Origin: an uncultured Collinsella sp.
GTDB lineage: Bacteria > Actinomycetota > Coriobacteriia > Coriobacteriales > Coriobacteriaceae
Direction of reading: 5' to 3'
DNA length: 64,000 bases
Assembly: GCA_900548365.1 (NCBI GenBank)
Contig: URKM01000002.1
Coordinates: forward strand, 47,050 to 111,049
How positions within the stretch are numbered: position 1 is the stretch's first letter; every line of letters starts with the position of its first letter. The position numbers and the translations under genes are program-made. The notes beneath the pieces were generated by a model. That model saw only the letters and a list, made by a program, of their open reading frames with translations, was not told the origin of the DNA and made no database searches. Shown here one piece after another: positions 51,554-61,413 of this stretch.

Positions 51554-53374
51554 GTGATCAACAAGTTCTGCAAGGCGCCGCTATGGGAGTGCAGCCCCAC
51601 CCTTATCGCCGTCGCCCAGGGCACCCGACCGGCCGAGACCGTCATCCAAAACGCGCGCCTCGTGAACGTCAACACCCGCGAGGTCCAAGAGGACGTCGAC
51701 GTCGCGATCGCCTGCGGCCGCGTGGCATACGTGGGCGACGCCGCCCACTGCATCGGCGAGGGCACGCGCGTGATCGACGCCGCCGGCCGCTACCTGGCAC
51801 CCGGCTTCCTCGACGGCCACATCCACGTCGAATCCTCCATGATGGGCGCATCGCAGTACGCACGCGCCGTCGTCCCCCACGGCACCGTGGGCATCTACTG
51901 GGATCCGCACGAGGTCGCCAACGTCGTCGGCCTCGAGGGCGTCAAGGTCATGGTCGAGGACGCGCGCCGCACGCCGCTCAAGGCCATGGTGACCACGCCC
52001 TCCTGCGTGCCGGCCGTACCCGGCTTCGAGGACACGGGCAGCGCCATCGGCCCTAAGGACGTCGCCGAGAGCATGACCTGGGATTCCGTGGTGGGCCTGG
52101 GCGAGATGATGAACTTCCCCGGCGTGCTCGCCGCCGCCGACCACCCCATGGGCGAGATCGAGGCGACGCTCCGGGCGGACGCCTGCGTGACCGGCCATTA
52201 CTCCGTGCCCGAGACCGACCGCGGCCTCAACGCCTACGTCTCCAGCGGCGTGCGCTGCGACCATGAGTCGACGCGCGCAGAGGACGTGCTCGCCAAGGTG
52301 CGCCTGGGCCAGTACGCGCAGCTGCGCGAGGGCTCGGCATGGCGCGACCTCGCCCATCTCGCGCCCGCCATCACCGCGGGCAACATCGACACGCGCTTCA
52401 TGAACCTCATCTCAGACGACACCCACCCCAACACGCTCGTCGAGTACGGGCACCTGGACCACATCCTGCGGCGCGCCGTGCAGGAGGGCATCGACCCGCT
52501 CGTCGCGCTGCAGATGGTGACCATCAACACCGCCACCTGCTTCCATATGGACCACGAGCTCGGCAGCATCGCCCCGGGCAAGTGCGCCGACATGGTCCTC
52601 ATGGGCAGCCTTACCGACTTCGACGTCCAGATGACCATGATCGACGGCGACGTGGTGGCAGAGGACGGCCGCGCCCTCTTCGAGGTCGACGGCACCGCCT
52701 ACCCCGACTGGATCGTCAACACGATGCACCTCGGCCGCGAGATCACGCCCGAGGCCTTCCGCATCCCCGCGGTCGACGGCGAGGGCGACGCGCTTCCCGG
52801 TACCACCGCGCGCGTCCGCGTGATGGAGGCCATCTCCGGCCGCGTAAGCAACGCCGAGCGCCACCTGGACGTCCCCGTGGTGGACGGCGAGCTCCTCGCC
52901 GACCCCGAGCACGATATCCTGAAGGCCTTCGTCTTCGAGCGCCATCACGAGACCGGCAGCTTCGGCTACGGCTTCACCTGCGGCTACGGCATCCACGGCG
53001 CGCTCGCCCAGACCGTCGCGCACGACGCCCACAACCTGCTGGTCATCGGCGACAACGACGAGGACATGGCGATCGCCGCGAACACCCTGGCGTCTTGCGG
53101 CGGCGGCGCGGTCGCCGTGCAGGACGGTCGCGTGCTCGGCTTAGTCGAGCTGCCGGTCGCCGGCCTCATGAGCACCAAGCCGCTCGAGGAGGTGGCCGCC
53201 GAGGTCGAGCGCCTCGAGCGCGCCTGGGAGGATATGGGCTGCACCATGCCCTCGCCCTTCATGACGATGGGCCTCACCTCGCTCGCCTGCCTGCCGGACC
53301 TGCGCCTCACCAACCGCGGGCTGGTCGATTGCCTGACCTTCCAGTTCGTCCCGCTGGTCGTGGACGGGGAGTAG
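51554..53374 (+). CDS. ade: Adenine deaminase
   Basis: DGHIHVESS, DPHEVANV, LGEMMNFPGV, DHE, REGS, AHDAHN; GTG start after RBS gaggag. Confidence 0.95.
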   Translation: MINKFCKAPLWECSPTLIAVAQGTRPAETVIQNARLVNVNTREVQEDVDVAIACGRVAYVGDAAHCIGEGTRVIDAAGRYLAPGFLDGHIHVESSMMGASQYARAVVPHGTVGIYWDPHEVANVVGLEGVKVMVEDARRTPLKAMVTTPSCVPAVPGFEDTGSAIGPKDVAESMTWDSVVGLGEMMNFPGVLAAADHPMGEIEATLRADACVTGHYSVPETDRGLNAYVSSGVRCDHESTRAEDVLAKVRLGQYAQLREGSAWRDLAHLAPAITAGNIDTRFMNLISDDTHPNTLVEYGHLDHILRRAVQEGIDPLVALQMVTINTATCFHMDHELGSIAPGKCADMVLMGSLTDFDVQMTMIDGDVVAEDGRALFEVDGTAYPDWIVNTMHLGREITPEAFRIPAVDGEGDALPGTTARVRVMEAISGRVSNAERHLDVPVVDGELLADPEHDILKAFVFERHHETGSFGYGFTCGYGIHGALAQTVAHDAHNLLVIGDNDEDMAIAANTLASCGGGAVAVQDGRVLGLVELPVAGLMSTKPLEEVAAEVERLERAWEDMGCTMPSPFMTMGLTSLACLPDLRLTNRGLVDCLTFQFVPLVVDGE

Positions 53375-53563
53375 CAGCCGCGCCGCGCCTTGACGGCGCG
53401 CCCCTCGCCCCGTGATGGAAGAGCATTCGGGCGGGCGCTTCCACCCGCACGTGCTCCCAACGCGGACCCTCCGTTCGAGCTCCGCCGTTCGCACATGAAA
53501 ACGCCCCGGTTTCCCGCATCCCATCGGATCGAGAAAGCCGGGGCTTCGCATGAGGCTCGACCA

Positions 53564-54895
53564 TCACGGAAGCGGCGTGTATCCCGCGCGCTCCACCAGC
53601 AGCTGGCCCTGGGGCCCGCGCATCCAATCGACCAGATCGGCCACGAGCGGATTCGCCTCCCCCTTGCGCGTCCACGCCTTGAAGGTTCCCGTCAACGGAT
53701 AGCTGCCGTCGGCGATATGCTCCACGGTCGGCTCGACGCCGTCGATCGCCAAGAGCTTGACGTCCGCACCCTCGACCATCTGCGTCGCGTAATACCGAAA
53801 CGAATAACCCAGGCCGTTCGGACGGTTATCGTATCCCGCGACCGCGCGCACCAAGCCGCCCATCGAGACGATGCGCCAGGACTCGGGCGGGTCCATCAGC
53901 GGGACGTCCCCCATGAAGCCGGCCATCCGCGATTGCGAGCCGGAGCCCTCGTTGCGCTGAAACGCGACGATCTCCTCGTCGGCTCCGCCGACCTCGCTCC
54001 AGTTCGCGATCTTCCCCGCGTAGATGTCGCGCACCTGCTGCTGGGTGAGCGATTCGACGGGATTATCCTCGTTCACGATGAAGACGAACGCCTCGAGCGC
54101 CAACGGCGTCGACTCGAATTCCACGCCGCGCTGTGCGGCGTACGCAAGCTGCTCGTCGCTCGGATCGGTTCCGATGAACACGTCCGTCACGCCATCGACC
54201 AGGTTCCCGAAACCATAGGGGCTGTTGGTGTAGCGAAACGCAGCCCCGGGGCAGTCTCCACCCATCCAGCGCAGAAGCTCGCCATAGCGCTCGGCCTCGC
54301 CTTCGGTCAGGTCGCGCTCGAGCAGTGCCGCGTCCAGCTCGTCGAACTCACGCTGCCCTTCCTCGTCTAGCACGCCCTGCACCGCGATGGTGTGCGGATA
54401 CACCGCGCTCACCACGCCGGATGTGAACGGCAGCAGCGCCGCCGCGCAATCCGTCACGGGAAGGTCGTCTTCCTCGGTGAGGCGCAGGGTCGCCTCCTCG
54501 TCGAGGCGCGGGATGTTCTCGCTGGTAAACGGAAGGTAGTCCTCGTAGACGATCGTGAAGTCGAGATCGTCATCGGGAAGGACCTCGTCGGGATTCTGCT
54601 CTATCGTCCCGCGCGTCGCGTCATAGCAGCTCGCCGCCATGAGGCCGGCGCCCAGGATGAACGCGGCCACGCCGATGGCCAGGAAACGGCGGTCGTGCTT
54701 CCAGAGCAAGACGATCAGCGCGATGAGGCACACGACAAAGGCGGCGGATGCGCCATAGACCCCGAGGAAGCCGTGGGCGACGGGCATTGCTCCCAGCAGA
54801 TACATATACGCAGGCAGACCCATCAACAGGACCGCCACCGTCAAGAACGCCTTAAGGACGAATTTGAACGTACCCTTGGTATCGCCGCCCAGCAT
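53564..54895 (-). CDS. Membrane-anchored PstS-like (PBP superfamily) binding protein
   Basis: Three N-terminal TM segments; EAFVFIVNEDNPV..IYAGKIANW, FQRNEGSGSQ, GYSFRYY, IADGSYP. Confidence 0.8.
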   Translation of the reverse strand: MLGGDTKGTFKFVLKAFLTVAVLLMGLPAYMYLLGAMPVAHGFLGVYGASAAFVVCLIALIVLLWKHDRRFLAIGVAAFILGAGLMAASCYDATRGTIEQNPDEVLPDDDLDFTIVYEDYLPFTSENIPRLDEEATLRLTEEDDLPVTDCAAALLPFTSGVVSAVYPHTIAVQGVLDEEGQREFDELDAALLERDLTEGEAERYGELLRWMGGDCPGAAFRYTNSPYGFGNLVDGVTDVFIGTDPSDEQLAYAAQRGVEFESTPLALEAFVFIVNEDNPVESLTQQQVRDIYAGKIANWSEVGGADEEIVAFQRNEGSGSQSRMAGFMGDVPLMDPPESWRIVSMGGLVRAVAGYDNRPNGLGYSFRYYATQMVEGADVKLLAIDGVEPTVEHIADGSYPLTGTFKAWTRKGEANPLVADLVDWMRGPQGQLLVERAGYTPLP

Positions 54896-55142
54896 GATGG
54901 CCTCCTCTCGCCGCGGAGCGCCCCGAGGTTGCGCCCGCATGTGGGACCATCGTACTCGAGCGCCGGTATCGACGGGGAGCAGAAGCGGGCAGGGCGCACG
55001 TAAAAGGGCGTATATCGGTGCGAGCGGTCGCGAGGCCTCCCGAGGACAAAGCGCTCTCAGAATTGAGGGGCATGGCGCTTTGACCCCGCCGCTGCAAAAC
55101 GAGTGCGCTGCGCCGGCGCGCACGCTGCTCCCCCATAAGCGC

Positions 55143-55706
55143 TTAGCGGGAGATGGCCGCCAGAAGATCCTCGGCTTGCAACGCGAGGCGGCTCTTATCC
55201 CATTCGGGAATCTCGTATACGCCGTCGGTCCACGCAGCGGCGGGCAGCACGAACCCCTCGCCCTCGCCGCCGACCACCTCGGCCTCGACATAGTTCAGCA
55301 GATCGACCAGCTGTCGCCGGACGTTGGCGCACGCGGTCTTGCCGCCGGCGCCCGAGATCGCGACGGGCACGTCGGTCATCGAGACGGGCGCGTCGTGGTC
55401 GCCGGCGACGCGCGGACGGCTCAGCCAATCGAGCGCGTTCTTCAGCGCGGCGGGATAGCTGAAGTTATATTCCGGCGTGAAGATCCAGATGCCGTCGGCC
55501 GCCTCCACCTGCGCCCGGACGCGCTCCACCGACGCCGGCGGCGGAAACTCGATGTCCTCGTCCATGAACGGCAGGTCGGCGTAGTCCAGGAACTGGATTG
55601 TCGCGCGGTCGCCCACCATCCGGGCAGCGTAATCGGCAAGCACGCGGTTGAACGAATCGCGGCGCAGCGAGCCGACGATGAAGACGAGGTTCTTAACTTG
55701 AGTCAT
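55143..55706 (-). CDS. NADPH-dependent FMN reductase
   Basis: VGSLRRDSFN, FTPEYNFSYPAALKNALDWLSR. Confidence 0.92.
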   Translation of the reverse strand: MTQVKNLVFIVGSLRRDSFNRVLADYAARMVGDRATIQFLDYADLPFMDEDIEFPPPASVERVRAQVEAADGIWIFTPEYNFSYPAALKNALDWLSRPRVAGDHDAPVSMTDVPVAISGAGGKTACANVRRQLVDLLNYVEAEVVGGEGEGFVLPAAAWTDGVYEIPEWDKSRLALQAEDLLAAISR

Positions 55707-55817
55707 CGCGAACTCCTTCGGAGAATCACTCGAACGGGGCACGCGCCCCGCTCGTTTTGCTATACGTATTGCAGCATTTTTCTTCTACCCCGAATCCACG
55801 ATGACGAACCACCGCGA

Positions 55818-57011
55818 TCACGCGCCGCCTCGATGCGCATATATATCGACGGCGGCGGCAACCGGTCCGGGCGTCAGCCGGCGCACCACGTCCTCCAATC
55901 TCGCGGGAATGTCGATGCCCTGGGGGCAATGGCGCAGGCATGCACCGCAATGGACGCAGTTAGTCGCCAGCCTGGGCTCGCTCGTGCGAAGGGCGCTCGC
56001 GGTGAAATACTGCTGCACGCCGGTAAACCAACCGTGCGCGAAGCTCGCGTTGTACGCCGAGAAGCACCCCGGGATGTTGATCCCGCGCGGACATGGCATG
56101 CAGTAGTTGCACCCGGTGCACGGCACGCGGTTCGCCGCCTCGAAGATCTCGAGCACGCGGGCGATCGCCGCGAGCCTGCCCTCATCCATGCAGCCCGGAA
56201 CAGCTAGCTCGGCGACTCGGGCGTTCTGGTCGACCTGCTCGGATGCCGCCATACCGGAAAGCAGCATGGTCACCTGGGGATGGCTCCATACCCAGGCAAG
56301 CGCCCAGTCGGCAGGGCTTCCGAGTTCGGCATCTCCGCTGGCGGCCAGGGCGTCGGCGGCGGCAGGCGGAAGCTTGCCCGCCAGCCGTCCGCCCAGCAGC
56401 GGCTCCATCACGAAGACGGCCAGGCCTCGTTCGGCCGCCGCGAGCATGCCGGCGGTGCCCGCCTGATATGCCTCGTTGGCGTAGTTATACTGAATCTGGC
56501 AGAAGTCCCAATCGAACGCATCGAGGAGCACGGGGAAGTCGCCGGCGCTGCCATGGAAGGAAAAGCCGATCCGGCGAATGCGGCCCGCCTCCTTCTGCCG
56601 CTCGATCCAGCCCTCGATGCCGAGGGCGCAGACCCGCTCCCACTGCGCCGGGCTGGTGATGTTATGCATGAGGTAGTAGTCGACATGGTCCGTTCGCAAC
56701 CGACGCAGCTGCTCGTCGAAGAACCGGTCGAAATCCACCGCGCGCTTGCACGAGGCATGCGGGAGCTTGGTCGCCAGAAACACGCTGTCGCGAAGCCCGA
56801 GCTCTTCGAGCACGGCTCCTACGCACTCCTCGTTGCCGGGATACAGGTACGCGGTATCCAGGTAGTTGACGCCCCGCTCGATGGAGCGGGCGATGATTCG
56901 CCGCGCGGCTGCCCTGTCGGGACGGCCGACCTGATAACCTGGAAAGCGCATGCACCCCAGTCCCAGCGCCGAGATCTTGTTACCGCTCTTGGGATCGACC
57001 CTGTACTGCAT
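55818..57011 (-). CDS. Aldo/keto reductase with C-terminal 4Fe-4S domain
   Basis: LGLGCMRF, DTAYLY, MEPLLGG; CTGCNYCMPCP and CVHCGACLRHCP. Confidence 0.92.
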   Translation of the reverse strand: MQYRVDPKSGNKISALGLGCMRFPGYQVGRPDRAAARRIIARSIERGVNYLDTAYLYPGNEECVGAVLEELGLRDSVFLATKLPHASCKRAVDFDRFFDEQLRRLRTDHVDYYLMHNITSPAQWERVCALGIEGWIERQKEAGRIRRIGFSFHGSAGDFPVLLDAFDWDFCQIQYNYANEAYQAGTAGMLAAAERGLAVFVMEPLLGGRLAGKLPPAAADALAASGDAELGSPADWALAWVWSHPQVTMLLSGMAASEQVDQNARVAELAVPGCMDEGRLAAIARVLEIFEAANRVPCTGCNYCMPCPRGINIPGCFSAYNASFAHGWFTGVQQYFTASALRTSEPRLATNCVHCGACLRHCPQGIDIPARLEDVVRRLTPGPVAAAVDIYAHRGGA

Positions 57012-57136
57012 ACGCGACCACCTTCGCTCAAGGCCGGCAAAGCCATCCTATCCTGCAAGGATGCGGATCAAACCATCCGCACCGGGGCACCGTGATGGCC
57101 CCCGCGCCGTAGCGGGAGCGTCAGCGGCGCGCGCTG

Positions 57137-59128
57137 CTACGACGCATCGTCGGCGCCATCGGCATCCAAGGCGTCGACCGGCTCCTGGCCGTGCGGCGTC
57201 GCGCGAGAGACGCCGAACTTAGTGACCTCGCACGTGGCCGCATCTCCGGCATCGGCGTCGGCGCCCTCGATGGGCTTGGCATAGCTGAACTCGATGGCGT
57301 CGCCGACCTTGTAGCGCACGATCGCGAGCATGTCGGGCAGGGCGAAGTCATAGATCGCCCCGTCGCCCTCGAGCGTTACGAAGAAATGCGAGTTGCCGTC
57401 GATAACGGCCTGGGCGATGCTCGCGATGGTTCCGGAAGCCTTCTCCTCGGCACCAGATGCCGCCGCCTCCTCGTCGCTCAACGCGCCCTCCGCAGCGAGC
57501 ATGGACAGGTAGCTCTCCTGGGCCGCGGCAACGGTGCTGCCCGTCGCGACGCTCTGGTAATGCTGCACGTTGATCATCGCGTACATCTTCACCAGGCCCG
57601 CGTTGTCCTTCAGCGCCATGAAGTACGTGGGCTGGCCGGATACGTTGAGCAGCAGCGGATAGGTCGCCTGGTATTTAAGGTTTTGGACCTGGCCCTCGGC
57701 CGATGCCATCGCGGAATCCTCCGTGGCACCCGGCACCGAGTAGAAATGCGATTCGCCGGTGCGCTGGTTCACCAGGATGAAGCCGATGCTGGAGTTATCC
57801 GCGGTAACCGAGGTCACGCCGGAATACAGGTAGATGTCGTCGCCCTGGGCGAGGTAGTTGTAACCCAGCTGGCCGTCCATACCCGGCGTGGTGCGCACCA
57901 CGCCCTGCTGGCCGAGCCAGGAGTTCAGCCATCCCTTGGCGTAAGCGCCGCTCCAGTTGTACTGCTGGATGAGCAGATCGCTCGGATAGGCTCGGTCGAC
58001 CCAGCTGGGAACCTCGTCCACCGGATAATCCTGCGTCTCCCCGGTACAGGCGTTCACCAGCACCACGCGATCTATCGTGGTTCCCTCGAACAGGCCGATG
58101 GTGCGCTTCTGCACCGGGAACACCCACCAGGGCGTCCCCTCCTCATCGAGCTCGAAGGACTTCTGGTCGAACATGTACATGGGGTACTTGAGCTGCGCGT
58201 ACCGGTCGATGTTGCGCGCCAGGGGCTCCGACTCGCTGTACTTGATGGGCTGCTCCAGGCGCACCACCTGGGCCTCCTGGGTGACCATGTCGACCAGCAC
58301 GTAGGCGGGAATGCCCTGGCTGCGGTTGGAGAGCCATTTAAAGAGGTCGGCATAGGTGAGCGGGCTCACGCGAACCGGACGGCCCTGGTAGTTGATCATG
58401 CTGTACGCGGGGCTGATCTCGAACTGGCTGACGTACTCGGGAATCGACCCCATCGCGCGGTTGCCCAGCAGCACGGCGGAATCGCGGTCGATCACCGGCA
58501 CCTCGGAGTAATCGACCTGCTCAATATCTTGGGCGAAATCGCCGTCGGTGGTCTGGAGCACCGTGGCGTAGCGCTCGGCGTTGCCGGGCATGAAGGGCTC
58601 GCCCCACAGCAGGCCGAGGAAGAACAAGGCGATGACGCCCACGGGAACGAAGACCAGGCGGTTGAGGAGCACCGCGTGCTTCTTCGATCGCAAAGCGGCG
58701 ACCTTGAGCGCCAAGATCGCGACCACCGCGATGGCCAAGATCCACATCCAGACGCGCGGGCTCTGCAGGTTGAGCGCAGGATGGAACCACCAATAGCCCA
58801 CCGCGAGACCGATGAGGGCGAGAATGGCGAAGAGGATGAGCGCCCGACGGCTCCACTGCGCGATGCGCTGCGCTATGGGGCTGGAGCCGCGCCGACCGCC
58901 GCCGCCCGAGCCACCGCGCGCGGCGCCACTGGAGCCAGACGAAGCGCCGCCGGCGCCCGCCGGCCGCTCCTCGCCGTCGACCACGGCATCGACGGGTATG
59001 GGCTCCCCATCGGAGTCACCGCCCCGGCAGCCGCCGAAACCCGTGCCGAAGCCGGATCCGGAAAAGCCGAACATGCTGTGCAGCATATCTTGGAAATCGT
59101 CGTTGTTGAAATCGTTGTCCTGGGCCAC
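57137..59128 (-). CDS. Conserved hypothetical membrane protein with a large extracytoplasmic domain
   Basis: Gly-rich N-terminus, 3 TM segments, then a long soluble region (VRVSPL, AMASAEGQVQ, LKDNAGLVK); GTG start after gaggag. Confidence 0.8.
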   Translation of the reverse strand: MAQDNDFNNDDFQDMLHSMFGFSGSGFGTGFGGCRGGDSDGEPIPVDAVVDGEERPAGAGGASSGSSGAARGGSGGGGRRGSSPIAQRIAQWSRRALILFAILALIGLAVGYWWFHPALNLQSPRVWMWILAIAVVAILALKVAALRSKKHAVLLNRLVFVPVGVIALFFLGLLWGEPFMPGNAERYATVLQTTDGDFAQDIEQVDYSEVPVIDRDSAVLLGNRAMGSIPEYVSQFEISPAYSMINYQGRPVRVSPLTYADLFKWLSNRSQGIPAYVLVDMVTQEAQVVRLEQPIKYSESEPLARNIDRYAQLKYPMYMFDQKSFELDEEGTPWWVFPVQKRTIGLFEGTTIDRVVLVNACTGETQDYPVDEVPSWVDRAYPSDLLIQQYNWSGAYAKGWLNSWLGQQGVVRTTPGMDGQLGYNYLAQGDDIYLYSGVTSVTADNSSIGFILVNQRTGESHFYSVPGATEDSAMASAEGQVQNLKYQATYPLLLNVSGQPTYFMALKDNAGLVKMYAMINVQHYQSVATGSTVAAAQESYLSMLAAEGALSDEEAAASGAEEKASGTIASIAQAVIDGNSHFFVTLEGDGAIYDFALPDMLAIVRYKVGDAIEFSYAKPIEGADADAGDAATCEVTKFGVSRATPHGQEPVDALDADGADDAS

Positions 59129-59258
59129 CTGCGGTCCGCTCCTCTGGTCGTCGTTGCCGCTTCGCAACCGCCATGGCGACGCTTTCGCATCAAAGGTACA
59201 AGGGCGGGGCGAAACGTTGCGTAACGTCAACTATACCCAAGAGAAACCGCGGTCATCC

Positions 59259-59483
59259 CTATGCGATGGCGGCCACCATCTTTTTGACGAGCTTCTTGCT
59301 CGAATCGCACGCCACCAGCTTGCCGTCGATGCGCGCATAGGCCTTTCCCTCGAACTCGGGGTGCTTCTTCCGACATGCCCCGAAGCAGCCGCGCGCATAA
59401 TCCCCTTTGGCAAGACCCGCCTTCAGATGCTTTTTCTTGACGCCCGAGCATTTCGGACAGACCTTCACACCGCACTTCGCCAT
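59259..59483 (-). CDS. Small basic Cys-rich protein (DUF1450-like)
   Basis: Strong RBS aaggagg; CPKC and CFGAC; KAYARIDGKLV. Confidence 0.7.
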   Translation of the reverse strand: MAKCGVKVCPKCSGVKKKHLKAGLAKGDYARGCFGACRKKHPEFEGKAYARIDGKLVACDSSKKLVKKMVAAIA

Positions 59484-59737
59484 CTCGGCCTCCTTGGAAC
59501 GCCGGGCGGGCTGTCGACGCCGCGCCCGATATGCTACCCAGTTTGCAGCATGGTATCACGCGAGACGGCCTACGAGTTTCCCCTGTGCAACTTTTCTCTA
59601 CTTTTCCGATGAAGACCCGCGGCGGCACGGCGGCGCCGAAAGCTCCTCGGGAAGTTCGAGGTATCGGGCGGGTAGAATGAATGCCCTTGCATCACGACCA
59701 AGAAGGCTGCCCGCGGGGCGGCCGGGAAGGAGAAGCG

Positions 59738-60226
59738 GTGAGGGTCGTTATCTACACCGACGGCGCGGCGCGCGGCAACCCCGGTCCGGGCGGATTCGGT
59801 GCCGTCCTCAAATACCAGGCGCCCTCCGGCAAGGAGCACGTCCTGGAGCTATCCGGCGGGTACGAGCGCACCACCAACAACCGCATGGAGCTCCTCGCCG
59901 TCATCAGCGCGCTCGAGGCGCTCAAGCGTCCCTGCGAGGTCGAGCTGCACTCCGATTCCCAATACGTCGTCAACGCGTTCAACAAGCACTGGGTGGATGG
60001 CTGGCTGCGGCGCGGCTGGCAGACGTCGCAGAAGAAGGCCGTCAAGAACATCGACCTCTGGAAGCGCCTGCTGGCGGCCAAGGAGCCCCATCGCGTCACC
60101 TTCATGTGGGTGAAAGGGCATGCGGGCCATCCGCTCAACGAACGCTGCGACCAGCTCGCCACCAGCGCCGCCGACTCGGGTACACTTGAGGTCGACCGGG
60201 GCTTCGTAGAGGGGGACGCCGACTAA
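59738..60226 (+). CDS. rnhA: Ribonuclease HI
   Basis: [42 protein letters not shown]. Confidence 0.96.
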   Translation: MRVVIYTDGAARGNPGPGGFGAVLKYQAPSGKEHVLELSGGYERTTNNRMELLAVISALEALKRPCEVELHSDSQYVVNAFNKHWVDGWLRRGWQTSQKKAVKNIDLWKRLLAAKEPHRVTFMWVKGHAGHPLNERCDQLATSAADSGTLEVDRGFVEGDAD

Positions 60227-60309
60227 CGGCCGGGCGGCGCGCCGGTGCGAAGCCCCGTCCCCTCATGTGGAGCATCCCATCGAAGAACAGCAACGCGAAG
60301 GAGCGCGCC

Positions 60310-61401
60310 ATGATTCGCATCGCCACCATCGGAACCAGCATGATCACCACCAGTTTTCTGGAGGTGCTGAACGCCAGCGAGCGCGGGCGCTTCGTCGGCA
60401 CGCTCTCGCGCGACCCCGCGCGGGCAGAGCGCTTCTCGATCGAGCACGGCGGCGAGCGCGGCTTCTCATCGATCGAGCAGGTTGCGGCCGCCCCGGACGT
60501 CGACGCCGTCTACGTGGGCTCCCCCAACGCGCGCCACTGCGAGCAGGCACTCGCCTGCATCCGCGCCGGCAAGCACGTCTTAGTGGAGAAGCCCGTCTGC
60601 GCCAACCACCGTGAAGCCGAGCGGCTCTTCGCGGCCGCGCGCGAGCACGGCGTGGTCGCCCTCGAGGCCATGCGCCCGCTACACGACCCCGCCCTTTGCC
60701 TGATCCGCGACGCGCTGCCGCGCCTGGGCACGATCCGCCGCACCACGCTGCGCTTCGGAAAGTACTCCTCGCGCTATGACGACGTGCTGGCAGGAAGACA
60801 CACCAATATCTTCGATTGCGCCATGGCTTCCGGCGCGCTCATGGACATCGGCGTCTACTGCGTCGAGCCGCTCATCGCGCTCTTCGGCGCACCCCGCACC
60901 ATCCAATGCGCGGCGGCTCTTTTGGACGAGGGGACCCGCGGCATCACCGGCGGCGCCATCGACGGCGCGGGCGTGCTCTGCGCGAGCTACCCCGGCCACG
61001 TGGCCACGCTGCACTACTCCAAGATCACGAGCGACCTGGCCGAGAACCAGATCGAGGGCGAGCTCGGAACCCTGACGTTCGCCAGCGTTTCGATGCCCTC
61101 GAACGCGCGCATCGACCTGCGCGAGCGCAAGGCGGCGGACAGCGTGGGCTATTCCAGCACCTCCACCATCGAGTGCGCGCTCGAGCTGCCGAGCTGCCCC
61201 AACACCATGGTCTACGAGCTCGACGACTTCATCGATGCCATCCTGGCGGTGCAATCGGGCGCGTCCGCCGAGGACGCGCCCGCGGGCTGGCTGGGCAGCG
61301 TGGGAGACCTCCAGGCCATCAGCCTGGCGTCCCTCGAGGTCATGGACGCCGCCCGCGAGCAGATCGGCGTGAGGTTTTCCGCCGATACCGCCAACCGCTA
61401 G
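60310..61401 (+). CDS. Gfo/Idh/MocA-family oxidoreductase
   Basis: VYVGSPN..H, GKHVLVEKP, GALMDIGVY. Confidence 0.92.
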   Translation: MIRIATIGTSMITTSFLEVLNASERGRFVGTLSRDPARAERFSIEHGGERGFSSIEQVAAAPDVDAVYVGSPNARHCEQALACIRAGKHVLVEKPVCANHREAERLFAAAREHGVVALEAMRPLHDPALCLIRDALPRLGTIRRTTLRFGKYSSRYDDVLAGRHTNIFDCAMASGALMDIGVYCVEPLIALFGAPRTIQCAAALLDEGTRGITGGAIDGAGVLCASYPGHVATLHYSKITSDLAENQIEGELGTLTFASVSMPSNARIDLRERKAADSVGYSSTSTIECALELPSCPNTMVYELDDFIDAILAVQSGASAEDAPAGWLGSVGDLQAISLASLEVMDAAREQIGVRFSADTANR

Positions 61402-61413
61402 CGGCAAGCTCCC

